Positions 60,799 to 64,000 of a stretch of DNA of 64,000 nt are shown here, piece after piece. Numbering within the stretch: position 1 is the stretch's first letter; every line of letters starts with the position of its first letter. The stretch comes from Piromyces finnis finn. Its lineage: Eukaryota; Fungi; Neocallimastigomycota. The stretch is taken from NCBI GenBank assembly GCA_002104945.1, contig MCFH01000088.1, positions 1 to 64,000 of the forward strand. The letters run 5' to 3'. The position numbers and the translations under genes were made by a program. Below the pieces are notes generated by a model, which had not been told where the DNA came from, did not search any database, and saw only the letters and a list, made by a program, of their open reading frames with translations.

Positions 60799-62157
60799 CT
60801 TATGTTTATTATCTTCTAAATTAAATAATGAATGTGTGTAATATGTTTCTAATTTTATAATAAAATTTTAATCTTTTCTAATCGTTTCAATGTTGTATAT
60901 TTTGGTTTAACTTCTCTTTTCTTTATTAATTATGATATAAATAAAAAATGGTATACTTAAAGAAAAGAAATGCAAGCAATTATAGATATTTTTTTAAATT
61001 AAATTATACTAAAGAAATCACAATTTTTAAATTATAAATTTTAATATAAACATCCTTTTATATTTTAAAATAAGCTTAATTTTACAAAATTAATATCAAT
61101 TTGTATATAATAATTTATTTGTAATATTGTTATTATTATTTGAATTGTTATTTTATATATACAATATATTTATAGTACCAAACTTCAATTGAAATGTTTG
61201 TATTTTATACTTTAGAAGTCTATTTAATTATAAATTAAATATGGAACTTTTATTTTTGCTTTTTATAGCAAAAAAAAGTATTTTTATTTTAACAACTTGT
61301 TTATATTAATAAAAATTCCTTCTTTTCATATAAAGTCTAAAATTAGTACGAGTACTTTTTTGTTATATATGTTTTGGAATAATTTTAATAATAGATAAAA
61401 TTTTTTCTTTTGCCTAAAATATATAATGAGAAAAGGGATAATTTATATATATATTTTTTATAATCAAATATTTATATAAAAAAAAAAAATAAAAAATAAT
61501 AATTATTTTAAAGTTTATAATAATAACAACATAGTATTTCATTTTATTTAATGACTATATAAAAAATAATTTATGTCACTAACATAAAGGAATGTGATGT
61601 ACAGTAGAAAAAAATAAATAAGTCAGTTAAAAAAAAAAAAAAAAAAAAAGAAAAGAAAGAGAAAAAGAAATTGAAGATTTATATTTATAAAGATTATTTT
61701 TTTTTATTTAATTCAAAAAAAATACATAATTTTTTTCAGTCTAAGTCCAGATTCTATTTATAATTTATTATAGATTTTATTTTTATTATTATTAGTAGTA
61801 GTAGTGGTAGTGGTAGTAGCTTATAGTAAGGGGAAAAGAAAAAAAAAAAAAAGTATTACTACAACTAAAAAATGTGTTTTATTTAAGAGTCCAAAATTTA
61901 CTTAATAAAATATAATTTTCATTACATAAAATTTGCAATAAAAAAGTAGATTCTTTCTTTAATTATTTAGAATAATTTAACAAAAAATAAAAAATAAAAA
62001 AAAAAAAAAAAAAAATCAATAATAAAAATATGTCATTAAAGGATACATTTATTAACAATATTATAATGCTTTAAAATTTTCATTATCTTTAAATAATAAT
62101 ATTATAAATATGTGTAAATTTGTTAAATTTGGAAAATAATATTCTATTATGGTTGTC

Positions 62158-63601
62158 TTAATAACTTCTTTTTTTCTTGTCATTCCTATGAGGATTTGAA
62201 ACTATACATCCTTTTGATCCAATTTTTTCTTGTTTAGATATTCCGGAGAAATTTAAACTAACCAATTGGGGTATCATTAATATAACATAAAAACGATAAT
62301 TTCTATCTTCTTCAATTGGATTTCCATGTAAGGTTAGAGATTTTAAATTTGGAAGTTTTGCTAATTTATCGATTTCTGTTATTTTTGATATTTTATTTGC
62401 ATGTAAGAAAAGTGTCTTTAAATTTTCAAACCGTAATATGCACTATTAAATAAGTTATACATTAAGTTTTAATATGTTGAAATTGAATTATAATAATAAT
62501 ATAATAATAATAATTATTATTATAATAATAAATAATAATAATATGAATAAATGCATTAAAAAAAAAAAAATTAGTTTTTACACCCAAAATATATTTGAAA
62601 AAAATAGTATAATTCATGTCAAGTAACTTTTAAGATAAATTATTTTTATGTTTTTGTAGTTAATATTATTTTATATATTATATATTGATATAAACCTCAT
62701 GGATTTGCTCGAGTGAATTAAATGATAAATCAATCCATGACAAATTTTTAAAAGGATCGGAAATAATTTTTTCTGTTATTACATCTAAGCCTTCCAAAGA
62801 CAAAAAATTGTTGTTAGATAGACGAAGAGCACGATTTACATATTTAACACATTGTTTTTCATTTTCCTCGATAACTGGTATTCCATCCTTATGATGATAT
62901 TTATACGTTGAAGATATAGGAACCATTGGAATAATTAATGCTGTTATTGTATTTATTTGTAAAATAAATATAATAATTTTAATTTTAATGAATTTTTAAT
63001 TTTAAAAAAGAAATATATGTTTATTACAATAAAGATTATAATATATATATATATATTTCTTTAATTTATTCACATTTAATCACCTTTATTAATATTTTTT
63101 TTATTCCATCCTGGTTGACTTTCTTTATTTTCGTTTTCTCCTTTTTCTTCATTTTCTGATTCTATATCTTCTTCATTTTTTGCTTTATCTTTTTCCTTAT
63201 TTATTTTTTTCTTTCTGCTGCTTTCAGTCTAACATAGAATATTTTTGTTTATAAGTTGGAAATAATTTAATTAAATATTAATAAAATCGGATAAGTGCAA
63301 AAAATAGAAAGTAATAATGTTTATCCTACTTGATCTATTTTTCCAAGTCTTGGTTCTTCTTCAAGAATTTCTAATATTAGTAATTATTATTTGAAAAGAT
63401 TAGTTTAATAAGTAAAACTATATTATTAAAAAATAAAGATATTTGTCTATACATAAAGCATTAATAAAATATAAATCTACCTGATACTTCTATCATTTCT
63501 TTAAATGAATAATCTAATGGTACAGCAGTTTGGACACCCCATGAACTAGCAACCACACTTTTAACATTCTCATATTTATTACTTTTATATCCTTCAATCA
63601 T
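62158..63601 (-). CDS. LRRC51: Leucine-rich repeat protein LRRC51 (ciliary/flagellar-associated), multi-exon
   Basis: MIEG...PLDYSFK...|EILEEEPRLG...LRLSNNNF...LSWIDLSFNSL...LFLHANKI...SLTLHGNPIEEDRNYRFYVI...LNFSGISK matches remembered LRRC51 motifs (PLDYSF, EEPR, WIDLSFN, LTLHGNP). Confidence 0.88.
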
Positions 63602-64000
63602 TTTTATTATATACTATATTATATAATTATAATAATAAAATTATAATATTTTATTAAAACTTTTAAATTTTCTTTATTCAAATTAAACATTTTTTATTTT
63701 CTTTTATTTTTTTTTTTTTTTTTATTTTTCATAATAAACTTTAAATCAAATAAAGTTTATAAAAATATATGAATTTATACATGGTCTCTAATATACAACA
63801 AAATTAATATTCAAATCTTCCCTTTTTATCAATAAGAATTATATAACAAATTTTATTTTCCAACATTGAATAAAAAAAAAAGTTTAAACACTTTTTTAAA
63901 GTTTAAACAATTCATTAAACAAATAAAAAAAAAAATTCATCTTTAAAGTATATTTTCACACAAAACTTTAAAACTTATTCTTAAAAATAAATCTTAATAA

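Overview
Extremely AT-rich, intron-rich eukaryotic DNA. The fungal GARS-AIRS fusion, short GT-AG introns, long (AAT)n arrays, Asn-rich proteins and a flagellum-associated LRRC51 gene point to a zoosporic fungus, most likely an anaerobic gut fungus (Neocallimastigomycota); this assignment is inference. I reconstructed 11 host protein genes by hand: ADE5,7 (5'-partial), TSR3, a CobD-like PLP enzyme, VPS23/TSG101, UTP20, NRDE2, a WDR5-like WD40 gene, ZFPL1, ATG9, ubinuclein/HPC2 and LRRC51. There is also one tRNA-Leu(UAG). A 13-kb LINE-rich interval (about 2.5-15.6 kb) holds two near-identical young APE-RT-CCHC non-LTR retrotransposon copies in inverted orientation and one older related remnant. 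One young copy has a clean 14-bp TSD and a single in-frame TAA between endonuclease and RT. The most interesting observations are: (1) the PLP enzyme has CobD (threonine-phosphate decarboxylase) rather than HisC signatures; (2) five RGGCAGTKA motifs cluster in the 8-kb gene-free region upstream of it; (3) NRDE2 has an SR-protein-like RS tract that the ORF track missed, plus micro-exons; (4) TSR3 has a fourfold C-terminal peptide repeat; (5) the LINE family carries Asn/Ser-rich inserts. All protein identifications come from remembered family motifs, not database searches. No unambiguous new multi-gene system was found.
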